Assembly (NCBI GenBank): GCA_964523615.1
Contig: CAZFZU010000002.1
Location: forward strand, 33,682-97,681
Reading direction: 5' to 3'
Length of the DNA: 64,000 nucleotides
From: an uncultured Eubacteriales bacterium
GTDB lineage: Bacteria; Acidobacteriota; Aminicenantia; Aminicenantales; Saccharicenantaceae
This document shows, in pieces, positions 33,319-41,673 of the stretch. Positions within the stretch are counted from its first letter, which is position 1. Every line of letters begins with the position of its first letter. The notes below the pieces were generated by a model. That model searched no databases and was not told the origin of the DNA. It saw only the letters and a list, made by a program, of their open reading frames with translations. Made by a program: the position numbers and the translations under genes.

Positions 33319-35432
33319 AGCTCCTCATCGACGAGCGCGAGGTCGTTTGCCGGGAGGGGCAGACCGTGCTCGAGGCCGCGCGCGGCGCGGGCATCGCCAT
33401 CCCGTCGCTCTGCGACCACCGGGACCTCGTCCCCTTCGCCGGCTGCCGCGTCTGCCTCGTCGAGGTCGATGGCCGCCGCGATCCGGTCCCGTCCTGCGCC
33501 ACTCCCGCCGAGGACGGCCAGGTCGTCCGGACCCGGACTCCCGAGGTCCTGGCCCTGCGCAGGAAGGTCCTCGAGCTCATCCTGGCCTCCCACCCCTACG
33601 CGTGCCTGGTCTGCGCCGAGAAGCCGTCCTGCGAGGACCTCAAATCGACCATCCGCAAGGTCGGCGAGGTCACCGGTTGCGTCCTCTGTCCCGCGAACGG
33701 CGACTGCGAGCTGCAGCGAGTGGTCGAAGAGGTCGGCTTGGACCGTATCGACGTCCCCGCCGTCTACCGGGGCCGCGAGGTCCGGCGCGACGATCCCTTC
33801 TTCGACCGGGACGACAACCTCTGCATCCTCTGCGGCCGGTGCGTCCGGATCTGCGAGGAGGTCCGCGGCGCCGCCGTCCTGTCCTTCGTCCATCGCGGCG
33901 ACCGGACGCTGGTCGGCACCCCGTTCGACCGCTCGCTCCTCGACTCGGGCTGCCGGTTCTGCGGGGCCTGCGTCGACGCCTGCCCCACGGCGGCCCTGGT
34001 CGAACGGGCGGCCCGGGCCCTGCCCCGGCCCACAGGCGCCGCGACGGTCGTCTGCCCGTTCTGCGGCCAGGGCTGCCGCCTCGAGCTCCGGACGAGGGAC
34101 GGCGAAGTGCTGGCCGCGCGGCCCGCCGAAGGGCCGCCCAACGGCGGGCAGGGCTGCGTCAAGGGCCGCTTCCTGGTCCGCGGCGCGCTATCGGGCCCCG
34201 GCCGGATCCGGGAGGCCCACGTCCGCGAGGACGGCCGGCTCGCGCCTGTCCCCTTTGAAGAGGCCGTCGACCGGGCCGCGCGGGGGCTCTCGGCCGCCGC
34301 CCCGGAGAAACGGGCGCTCCTCTACCCGTCGCAGGCGGCCCTCGAGGACGCCTTCGCCTATCTCGAGTTCGGGCGGCGGACGCTCTCGACGGAGGCCGTC
34401 GAAGCCTCGCCGGCCGCGGCCATCTGGCAGCGGCTCGATGCCCTCGAAGCCGAGCGGGGCCTGCGCATCCCGGCGACCGGGCGGCTGTCCTCGATCGGCG
34501 CCGCAAAAGCCGTCCTGGCCTGGCGGCTCAATCTTCCGGACGACCATCCCCTCGCTTGGCTCGAGGTCGTCCGGGCCGTCCGCGCCGGCGCCCGCTTATT
34601 CGCGGCCGGACGGGTCCCCGCCGGCCCCGTCGGCGCGGCGGCCACGGTCCTCGATCCCGAGGCGGGACCGGACAGGATCGCCCGGGCCCTGCCGGCCGAC
34701 GGACCGACGATCATCCTGTTCGACGCCGCGGCGGCCGCCGGCCCCCGAGGCCTGGACGCCCTCGAGGATCTCTGGACGATCGCCGGACGGACGGGCGCCC
34801 GGCTTTTCCCTCTCGGCCGCACGGCCAATGGCCGCGGCGTCCACGAGCTCGAGCGCGCTCTCGGACGTCCCCCGTACGGGACGGATGGCTCGAGCGTCCG
34901 GGCCCGGCTCGCCGCAGGCGCCTTCGACGCTCTCGTCCTGGCCGCGCCCGCCCCCGACCTCGGGCGGGGAGGCCCGGGTTTCCTCGTCTGCGTGGACACC
35001 CATTGGACGCCCCAAGCGGAAAAGGCCGACGTCGTCCTGCCCGCGGCCGCGTTCGCCGAGGCCGGCGGGACCTGGGTCAGCACGGAAGGCCGGGTCCGGA
35101 CCTACGGCCCGGCCGTCCCCGCTCCCGGCTCGGCCCGTCCCGACCGGGACGTCCTGGCCGCGCTGGCCGACAGGATGGGCCTCCCCGGCCGGATGCCCCG
35201 GGACTGCGACGCCCTGCTGGCGGAGATCCGCCGCCGCGTCCCCGCCCTGGAGGGGTACGATCCGGCCGCGTCCGGGGACGAGTTCTTCCTCCGCGAGGTC
35301 CGTCCGAACAAGCCGCCGCGGACGCCGGCCGGGGCCCGGCCGGCGCCCGACGCGGGGAGGGCGGACGTCCTCCGCGGCTACGATCCGCTCACCGCGAGCC
35401 GGAGCTACGCCAAGATGAGGAGGGCCCGGTAA
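33315..35432 (+). CDS. NuoG-like polyferredoxin subunit with degenerate molybdopterin-oxidoreductase-like C-terminal domain
   Basis: [2Fe-2S] CDHRD..CRVC..C. His-ligated cluster HPYACLVCAEKPSC. Extra CVLCPANGDCELQ. CILCGRCVRIC and CRFCGACVDACP. MopB-type CPFCGQGC...GCVKGRF. No H-cluster motifs and no in-frame TGA. ATGA overlap with the upstream gene. Confidence 0.8.
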   Translation: MKLLIDEREVVCREGQTVLEAARGAGIAIPSLCDHRDLVPFAGCRVCLVEVDGRRDPVPSCATPAEDGQVVRTRTPEVLALRRKVLELILASHPYACLVCAEKPSCEDLKSTIRKVGEVTGCVLCPANGDCELQRVVEEVGLDRIDVPAVYRGREVRRDDPFFDRDDNLCILCGRCVRICEEVRGAAVLSFVHRGDRTLVGTPFDRSLLDSGCRFCGACVDACPTAALVERAARALPRPTGAATVVCPFCGQGCRLELRTRDGEVLAARPAEGPPNGGQGCVKGRFLVRGALSGPGRIREAHVREDGRLAPVPFEEAVDRAARGLSAAAPEKRALLYPSQAALEDAFAYLEFGRRTLSTEAVEASPAAAIWQRLDALEAERGLRIPATGRLSSIGAAKAVLAWRLNLPDDHPLAWLEVVRAVRAGARLFAAGRVPAGPVGAAATVLDPEAGPDRIARALPADGPTIILFDAAAAAGPRGLDALEDLWTIAGRTGARLFPLGRTANGRGVHELERALGRPPYGTDGSSVRARLAAGAFDALVLAAPAPDLGRGGPGFLVCVDTHWTPQAEKADVVLPAAAFAEAGGTWVSTEGRVRTYGPAVPAPGSARPDRDVLAALADRMGLPGRMPRDCDALLAEIRRRVPALEGYDPAASGDEFFLREVRPNKPPRTPAGARPAPDAGRADVLRGYDPLTASRSYAKMRRAR

Positions 35433-36262
35433 TGCCCCGCGTCGTGCGCCGGGAACGGCTGGTCCCCAACATCCACCTCCTCGAGGTCGAGGCCCCGGAG
35501 ATCGCTCGCAAGTGCCGGCCGGGGCAGTTCGTCATCGTCATGCCCGACGCCCGGGGCGAGCGCGTCCCCCTGACCATCGCCGACTGGGACCCCGGCCGCG
35601 GCACGGTCACGGTCGTGTTCATGGCCGTGGGCACGTCGACCCGCAAGCTGGCCCTGCTCGGGAGCGGCGACAGCCTGCCCATCTTCGCCGGTCCTCTCGG
35701 CCGGCCCTCGGACCTGGGCGGCTCCGGCACCGTCCTGTCCGTCGGCGGGTGCTACGGCATCGCCGCCATCCATCCCCTGGCCAGGGCCTATAAGGAAGCC
35801 GGCCGCCGCGTCATCGTCCTCGTCGACGTCAAGGCCGACTACCTCTTCTACTGGCGCGACCGGCTCGCCGCCGTCGCCGACGAGATCCTCGTCTCCTCGC
35901 GGGACGGGCTCAGCGGCGACTGCGCCTTCGTCCCCCGGCAGGTCCGGGAGGTCCTGGAGCGGGAACCGGTGGCCCGGGTCGTCGCCGCCGGCTGCACCTA
36001 CCTCATGTCCAGCGTCGCCGAGGCGACGCGGCCGGCGGGCGTCCCCACGGTCGTCAGCCTCAATCCCGTCATGGTCGACGGGACGGGCATGTGCGGCGCC
36101 TGCCGGGTCACCGTGGGCGGCAAAACCCGGTTCGCCTGCGTCGACGGCCCGGATTTCGACGGCCACCTCGTCGACTGGAACGAGCTCTACGCCCGCCGCA
36201 AGGCCTACTTCGACGACGAGATCCGGTCCGTCTGCGCTTGGGAAGAGGAGAGGTTCCCGTGA
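35432..36262 (+). CDS. nfnA: NfnA/SudB-type FAD, [2Fe-2S] small subunit (PyrK-like)
   Basis: Ferredoxin-reductase fold (RVPLTIADWD, GPLG) and C-terminal GTGMCGACRV...FACVDGP. The start overlaps the upstream stop codon (TAATG). Confidence 0.85.
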   Translation: MPRVVRRERLVPNIHLLEVEAPEIARKCRPGQFVIVMPDARGERVPLTIADWDPGRGTVTVVFMAVGTSTRKLALLGSGDSLPIFAGPLGRPSDLGGSGTVLSVGGCYGIAAIHPLARAYKEAGRRVIVLVDVKADYLFYWRDRLAAVADEILVSSRDGLSGDCAFVPRQVREVLEREPVARVVAAGCTYLMSSVAEATRPAGVPTVVSLNPVMVDGTGMCGACRVTVGGKTRFACVDGPDFDGHLVDWNELYARRKAYFDDEIRSVCAWEEERFP

Positions 36263-37776
36263 GCGACCGCCCGCCCCTCCCTCCCGCCCTGGCGGCCGAG
36301 ATCCTGGCCGAGTTCGAGAAGGGCTGGCGTAAGGAGCTCCGCCGCGCGGTCCCGGTCAAGGACCGCATGAAGATCGGGCGCCGGACGATGCCCGAGCGCG
36401 CGGCCGGCGAACGCAACAAGGACTTCGCCGAGGTCAACCTCGGGCTCGGCCCCGAAGAGGCCATGCTCGAGGCCCGGCGCTGCCTGGACTGCGCCAAGCC
36501 CGCCTGCGTCACCGGCTGCCCCGTGCGCATCGACATCCCCAGCTTCGTCAAGCTCGTGGAGAGGGGCGAGTTCGCGGCCGCGGCGGCCAAGGTCCGCGAG
36601 GCCAACAGCCTGCCGGCCGTCTGCGGCCGGGTCTGCCCGCAGGAGACGCAGTGCGAGGAGACCTGCCACCTCCGCAAGGCCACGGGCGTGGCCGTGGCCA
36701 TCGGCAACCTGGAGCGTTTCGTCTCCGACTTCGAGCGTCTCGAGGGCGGCTCGGTCTTCCCCGCCTGCGCCCCGCCCTCGGGCCGCAAGGCCGCCGTCGT
36801 CGGCGCCGGCCCGGCCGGCCTGACCGTGGCCGGGGAGCTGGCCCGCCGCGGCCACGAGGTCACGGTCTTCGAGGCCCTGCACGAGCCCGGCGGCGTGCTC
36901 GTCTACGGCATCCCCGAGTTCCGCCTGCCCAAGAGCATCCTGGTGGCCGAGGTGGCCTACCTCGAGCGGCTCGGCGTCGCGTTCCGGATGAACTTCATCG
37001 TCGGCAAGACGGCCACCGTCGAGGACCTCTTCGCCGACGGTTACGGGGCCGTGTTCATCGGGACCGGGGCCGGCCTGCCCAACTTCATGGACATCCCCGG
37101 CGAGAACCTGGTCGGCGTCTATTCGGCCAACGAGTACCTGACCCGCGTCAACCTCATGCGGGCCTACGACTTTCCCCGCTACGACACCCCGGTGTCGCCG
37201 GGCCGCCGGGCCGTGGTCGTCGGCGGCGGCAACGTGGCCATGGACTCCGTCCGCACGGCCAAACGCCTGGGGGCCGAGGAGGCCCTCATCGTCTACCGCC
37301 GCTCCCGGGCCGAGATGCCGGCCCGCATCGAGGAGGTCCACCACGCCGAGGAGGAGGGCATCCGGTTCCACTTCCTGACGGTGCCGACGCGCTACATCGG
37401 CGACGAGCGCGGCCGGGTCCGGGCCATGGAGTGCCTGCGCATGGAGCTCGGCGAGCCCGACGCCTCGGGCCGCCGCCGGCCCGTGCCCGTCCCCGGTTCG
37501 GAATTCACGACCGAGGTCGACCTCGTCGTCTGCGCCATCGGCCAGAGCCCCAATCCGCTCATCCCCCAGACGACCCCCGGCCTGGAGGTCGGCAAATGGG
37601 GCACGATCGTGGTCGACGCGCGGACGATGGCCACCTCCCTGCCGGGCGTCTATGCCGGCGGCGACATCGTCCGGGGCGGGGCGACCGTCATCCTGGCCAT
37701 GGGCGACGCCCGGGTCGCCGCGGCCGCCATGGACCGCCGCCTGCGCGGCGTACCGGAACCCGAGCCCGGGACCTGA
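36259..37776 (+). CDS. nfnB: NfnB/GltD-type FAD, 2x[4Fe-4S], NADPH-binding large subunit
   Basis: Cluster motifs CLDCAKPACVTGCP and CGRVCPQETQCEETC. Dinucleotide folds VVGAGPAGLTVAGELARRGHEVTVFE and VVVGGGNVAMDSVRTA. The GTG start overlaps the upstream stop codon (GTGA). Confidence 0.9.
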   Translation: MSDRPPLPPALAAEILAEFEKGWRKELRRAVPVKDRMKIGRRTMPERAAGERNKDFAEVNLGLGPEEAMLEARRCLDCAKPACVTGCPVRIDIPSFVKLVERGEFAAAAAKVREANSLPAVCGRVCPQETQCEETCHLRKATGVAVAIGNLERFVSDFERLEGGSVFPACAPPSGRKAAVVGAGPAGLTVAGELARRGHEVTVFEALHEPGGVLVYGIPEFRLPKSILVAEVAYLERLGVAFRMNFIVGKTATVEDLFADGYGAVFIGTGAGLPNFMDIPGENLVGVYSANEYLTRVNLMRAYDFPRYDTPVSPGRRAVVVGGGNVAMDSVRTAKRLGAEEALIVYRRSRAEMPARIEEVHHAEEEGIRFHFLTVPTRYIGDERGRVRAMECLRMELGEPDASGRRRPVPVPGSEFTTEVDLVVCAIGQSPNPLIPQTTPGLEVGKWGTIVVDARTMATSLPGVYAGGDIVRGGATVILAMGDARVAAAAMDRRLRGVPEPEPGT

Positions 37777-37794
37777 GCCCCGACGGAGACGCCG

Positions 37795-39501
37795 ATGAAA
37801 AAGCCCCTCGCCCTCGTAACGCTCGCCGCCGCCCTGCTGGCCGCCCTCGCCTGCGGCGGCCGTCCGGGGGACTCCCCGGCCGACCTCGTCCTGACCGGCG
37901 GCACGGTCCGCACCCTGTCGGCGGCCCGGCCGAGGGCCGAGGCCCTCGCCGTGGCCGGCGGACGCGTCGTCTACGTCGGCGACGCCGCGGGCGTCCGCCG
38001 CTTCCAAGGGCCGGCGACACGGGTCGTGGACCTCGGCGGACGGGCGGTCCTGCCGGCCTTCCGGGACTCCCACATCCACCTGGTCACGGGCGGCGTCGAG
38101 CTTCTGGCCTGCAACGTCGCCGGGCTGGCCACGAAAGAGGCGGTCTTCGGCCGCGTCCGGGAATACGCTTCGGCCCATCCGGAGCTGCCCTGGGTGACCG
38201 GCGGCGGCTGGGACCTGCCCCTCTTCCCCCAGGCCAACCCGAGGAAGGAGGACCTCGACGCCCTGGTCCCCGACCGCCCGGCCGTCCTCGATTCGGCCGA
38301 CGGCCATTCGGCCTGGGCCAACTCGCGGGCCCTGGCCCTGGCCGGCGTCACCCGGGCCACCCCCGACCCTGAGGGCGGCCGCATCGAGCGCGACCCGGCC
38401 ACGGGCGAGCCGACGGGAACGCTCCGGGAGAGCGCCGCCGGCCTGGTCGAACGCCTCGTCCCCCCGCTGCGCCCTGAAGACTATATTAGAGGATTGCGGG
38501 CCGGCCTCGCCCTCGCCAACCGCCACGGCATCGTCGCCATCGTCGAGGCCAGCGCCGGGCCCGACCTGCTCGACGCCTACGCCGCCCTGGACCGGTCCGG
38601 GGAGCTCTCCGTCCGGGTCCTGGCCTCCCTCCACGTCGATACCGGCCGAGGAACTTCGGAAGCGGCGCGCCTGACGGGGCTGCGCCGGCGATACGCCGGG
38701 ACGCGGCTCAAGGCCACCGCGGCCAAGATCTTCGCCGACGGGGTCATGGAGCCCCACACGGCCGCTCTCCTCGAGCCCTACGTCGACCGTCCGGGCGACC
38801 GGGGCACGCCCCTCCTCGAGCCCGAGGCCTTCGACCGCCTGGCCGTGGCCCTCGACCGGGCCGGCTTCCAGGTCCACGTCCACGCCATCGGCGACCGGGC
38901 CGTGCGCATGTCCCTCGACGCCTTCGAGGCGGCCGGGCGGGCCAACGGCTTCCGGGACATGCGCCATCACATCGCCCACCTCGAGCTCGTCGACCCGGCC
39001 GACATCCCGCGCTTCCGGAAGCTCGGCGCGGCGGCCAACTTCCAGGCCCTGTGGGCCTACGCCGATCCCTACATCACGGACCTGACCCTGCCCATCCTCG
39101 GGCCGGCCCGCTCGCGCTGGCTCTACCCGATCGCGAGCGTCGCCGCGACCGGGGCCGCCCTCGTCGGCGGCAGCGACTGGTCCGTGTCGTCCCTGGACCC
39201 CTTGGAGGCCATCGAGGTCGCCCTGACCCGGCGCTCGCCGGACGACCCGCCCGGCGAGCCCTGGATCCCCGAGGAGCGGGCCGATCTCGAGACCATGCTC
39301 CGGGCCTACACCGTGAACGGGGCCTGGCTGGCCCGCGAGGAGGCGGCGCGCGGCCCGCTCGAGCCCGGCAAAGCCGCCGACCTCGTCGTCCTCGACCGCG
39401 ATCCCTTCGCCGTGCCGCCCCAGGGCCTTTCGGAGATCCGGGTCCTCCTGACCCTCCTCGACGGCCGCGAGGTCTACCGCGAACCGTCCTTCGCTCGCTG
39501 A
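37795..39501 (+). CDS. Amidohydrolase-3 (YtcJ-like) metal-dependent hydrolase, lipoprotein
   Basis: Lipobox LAALAC. Metal motif FRDSHIHL near the N-terminus. HVHAIGD. C-terminal DLVVLDRDP. Confidence 0.8.
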   Translation: MKKPLALVTLAAALLAALACGGRPGDSPADLVLTGGTVRTLSAARPRAEALAVAGGRVVYVGDAAGVRRFQGPATRVVDLGGRAVLPAFRDSHIHLVTGGVELLACNVAGLATKEAVFGRVREYASAHPELPWVTGGGWDLPLFPQANPRKEDLDALVPDRPAVLDSADGHSAWANSRALALAGVTRATPDPEGGRIERDPATGEPTGTLRESAAGLVERLVPPLRPEDYIRGLRAGLALANRHGIVAIVEASAGPDLLDAYAALDRSGELSVRVLASLHVDTGRGTSEAARLTGLRRRYAGTRLKATAAKIFADGVMEPHTAALLEPYVDRPGDRGTPLLEPEAFDRLAVALDRAGFQVHVHAIGDRAVRMSLDAFEAAGRANGFRDMRHHIAHLELVDPADIPRFRKLGAAANFQALWAYADPYITDLTLPILGPARSRWLYPIASVAATGAALVGGSDWSVSSLDPLEAIEVALTRRSPDDPPGEPWIPEERADLETMLRAYTVNGAWLAREEAARGPLEPGKAADLVVLDRDPFAVPPQGLSEIRVLLTLLDGREVYREPSFAR

Positions 39502-39536
39502 ACGGCCGGGCGGCTGTTTACGGCCGGCCCGATCTG

Positions 39537-39545
39537 TGCTATAAA
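39537..39545 (+). promoter_or_regulatory. Extended -10 promoter element for the M50 protease/scpAB genes
   Basis: TGcTATAAA lies 16 nt upstream of the ATG at 39562. Confidence 0.4.
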
Positions 39546-39561
39546 TGATGCTCTTTTACCC

Positions 39562-40206
39562 ATGGATATCCGTCTGATCCTCGTCCAGGTCTTCGTCATC
39601 CTCTTCGCCATCACCGTGCACGAAGCCGCCCACGCCTGGACGGCGAACAGGATGGGCGATCCCACGGCCGCCGCCCTGGGCCGGGCCTCCCTCAACCCGC
39701 TGGTCCACATCGACCCCATCGGCACGGTCATCTTCCCGCTCATCCTCATCCTGTTCAAGATGCCCGTGTTCGGCTGGGCCAAGCCCGTCCCCTACAATCC
39801 CTACAACCTTCGGCACGCGAAAAAAGGCGGCCTGTGGATCTCTTTCGCCGGGCCCATCGCCAACATCCTGACGGCGGGGGCCGCCGTCCTCCTGTTCCGC
39901 GTCCTGCGGCTCTTCGGGGCCCGCGTCACGGACCTGGCCGCCCTCTCGAAGCCGCTCGAAGGATTGAGCGTCATCCTGCTGTTCACGGCCCTGATCAACA
40001 TCTCCCTGGCGGTCTTCAACCTCATCCCCGTTCCGCCCCTCGACGGCAGCGGCATCCTGGCCGGCCTGCTGAGCGGTCGGGCCGCGGAGCAGTACGAGCG
40101 GCTGAGGCCCTACGGCTTCCTCATCCTCCTGGCCATCATGTACAGCGGCGTCCTGAACCTGATCTTCTCGCCGGTCCAGAACCTCATCCTCAGGCTTTTC
40201 AGCTAG
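39562..40206 (+). CDS. Site-2 protease family (peptidase M50) membrane metalloprotease
   Basis: HEAAHAW in the first transmembrane helix, followed by NLIPVPPLDG. 214 aa, polytopic. Confidence 0.8.
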   Translation: MDIRLILVQVFVILFAITVHEAAHAWTANRMGDPTAAALGRASLNPLVHIDPIGTVIFPLILILFKMPVFGWAKPVPYNPYNLRHAKKGGLWISFAGPIANILTAGAAVLLFRVLRLFGARVTDLAALSKPLEGLSVILLFTALINISLAVFNLIPVPPLDGSGILAGLLSGRAAEQYERLRPYGFLILLAIMYSGVLNLIFSPVQNLILRLFS

Positions 40207-40207
40207 C

Positions 40208-41008
40208 ATGACCGAGACCGTCCCCGACGTCACTCCCGCCGACGAGGCCCCCGTCCCGCCTGTCGCGGCCGAGCCCGGCGACGGCTACCAGGTCCGCCTG
40301 GACGTCTTCGAGGGCCCGCTCGACCTCCTCCTGTTCCTCATCCGCAAGAAGAAGATCGACATCCACGACATCCCCATCGCCGCCATCACCCGGGACTACC
40401 TCGGCTACCTCGAGCGCAAGTCCGAGATCAACCTCGACCGCGAGGCCGAGTTCCTGTTCATCGCGGCCCTGCTGATCTACATCAAGTCCCAGATGCTCCT
40501 GCCCCGGGAGACCGACCTGGCCGAGGGCGAGGACCCCCGCCGGGTCCTGGTCGACCGGCTCGTCGAGTACGAGAAGGTCAAGGCGGCCTGCTCTCTGCTC
40601 CGCGAGCGCGAGGACGTCCAGATCCTGCAGTGGAAGCGGGACTTCATCCCGCCCCTGTCGGGCGAGAGCGACCTCGAGCCGGTCGAACTGTCCCTGTTCG
40701 ACCTGGCCGAATCCTTCTTCCGGATGATGCGGCGCCGGGCCGCCGACGACACCCGGATCATCCGCGGCCGGGACGTCTCGGTCGAGGTCAAGATGAAGGA
40801 GCTGGTGACGCTCCTCCACGACAAGGGGATGTTCGATTTCCTCGCCTACTTCGAGGCCCACGAAACGCTCGAGGAGGCCCTGGTCTCCTTCTTCTGCGTC
40901 CTCGAGCTGGTCAAGTCCCGGGTGGCCGTGGCCGTCCAGGACGAGCTCTTCCAGACCATCCGGGTCTGGCTCCGCAAGGACGCCCGCAGGACGGAAAGCC
41001 ATGACTGA
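40208..41008 (+). CDS. scpA: Segregation and condensation protein A
   Basis: FEGPLDLLLFLIRKKKIDIHDIPIAAIT is the hallmark ScpA N-terminus. Confidence 0.9.
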   Translation: MTETVPDVTPADEAPVPPVAAEPGDGYQVRLDVFEGPLDLLLFLIRKKKIDIHDIPIAAITRDYLGYLERKSEINLDREAEFLFIAALLIYIKSQMLLPRETDLAEGEDPRRVLVDRLVEYEKVKAACSLLREREDVQILQWKRDFIPPLSGESDLEPVELSLFDLAESFFRMMRRRAADDTRIIRGRDVSVEVKMKELVTLLHDKGMFDFLAYFEAHETLEEALVSFFCVLELVKSRVAVAVQDELFQTIRVWLRKDARRTESHD

Positions 41009-41546
41009 CCTCAAGACCCTCGTCGAAGCCCTCATCTTCGTCTCCCAGGAGCCGGCCACCCCGGCCGCCCTCCAGGCCGTCCTCGAAGGCGTCCCCGCGG
41101 CCGACATCGAGGCCGCCGTCGAGGCCCTGGTCGCCGACTACGCCTCCGGCGGCCGGGGCATCCAGATCGTCCGCACCGGCGGCGGCTGGCTGTTCAAGAC
41201 CAAGCCGGACCACGACCGCGAGGTCCGCAAGCTCCTCCAGATCGAGCGCAAGAACCGCCTGTCGTCGGCCGGCCTCGAGACCCTGGCCGCCATCGCCTAC
41301 CGCCAGCCCGTGACCCAGGCCGAGATCTCGGCCATCCGGGGCGTCGACTCGACGGGGGCGCTGAAGACCCTGCTCGAGAAGAAGCTCATCAAGATCGTCG
41401 GCCGCAAGAAGGCCCCCGGCAATCCCCTCGTCTACCGGACCTCCGAGGAGTTCCTGCTCTACCTCGGCCTCGACAGCCTCGAGGACCTGCCTTCCGAGAC
41501 GGAGATCGCCAAGATCCTCGAGGAGGAGAAGGCCGTCGACGCCTGA
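41001..41546 (+). CDS. scpB: Segregation and condensation protein B
   Basis: Motifs LVEALIFVSQEP, LETLAIIAYRQPVTQAEISAIRGV and GRKKAPGNPLVYRTS. It overlaps scpA by 8 nt. Confidence 0.9.
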   Translation: MTDLKTLVEALIFVSQEPATPAALQAVLEGVPAADIEAAVEALVADYASGGRGIQIVRTGGGWLFKTKPDHDREVRKLLQIERKNRLSSAGLETLAAIAYRQPVTQAEISAIRGVDSTGALKTLLEKKLIKIVGRKKAPGNPLVYRTSEEFLLYLGLDSLEDLPSETEIAKILEEEKAVDA

Positions 41547-41578
41547 CCGCTAAGTGTAGACGGGACCTCGACTTAGAG

Positions 41579-41607
41579 TTGACACGGAGGACATTCTCGG
41601 ATAGTAT
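41579..41607 (+). promoter_or_regulatory. Strong sigma70-like promoter for rpsA
   Basis: TTGACA (41579-41584), 17-nt spacer, TAGTAT (41602-41607). The leader before the ATG at 41674 is about 60 nt. Confidence 0.7.
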
Positions 41608-41673
41608 GAAGCGTCTTTTCCGGCCCCCTGAGGACGGGACGTCTCCGAATCACCTTTTCAGGAGCATTGCGCC

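Noticed and set aside
33315-35432. The possibility that the NuoG-like gene is a formate dehydrogenase or [FeFe]-hydrogenase catalytic subunit.
   Set aside because: It has no H-cluster motifs (TSCCP, MPCxxK), and no in-frame TGA or conserved Cys/Sec-His pair in context. The MopB-like part is short (about 430 aa) and poorly conserved. I treat it as a non-catalytic FeS subunit pending HMM analysis.
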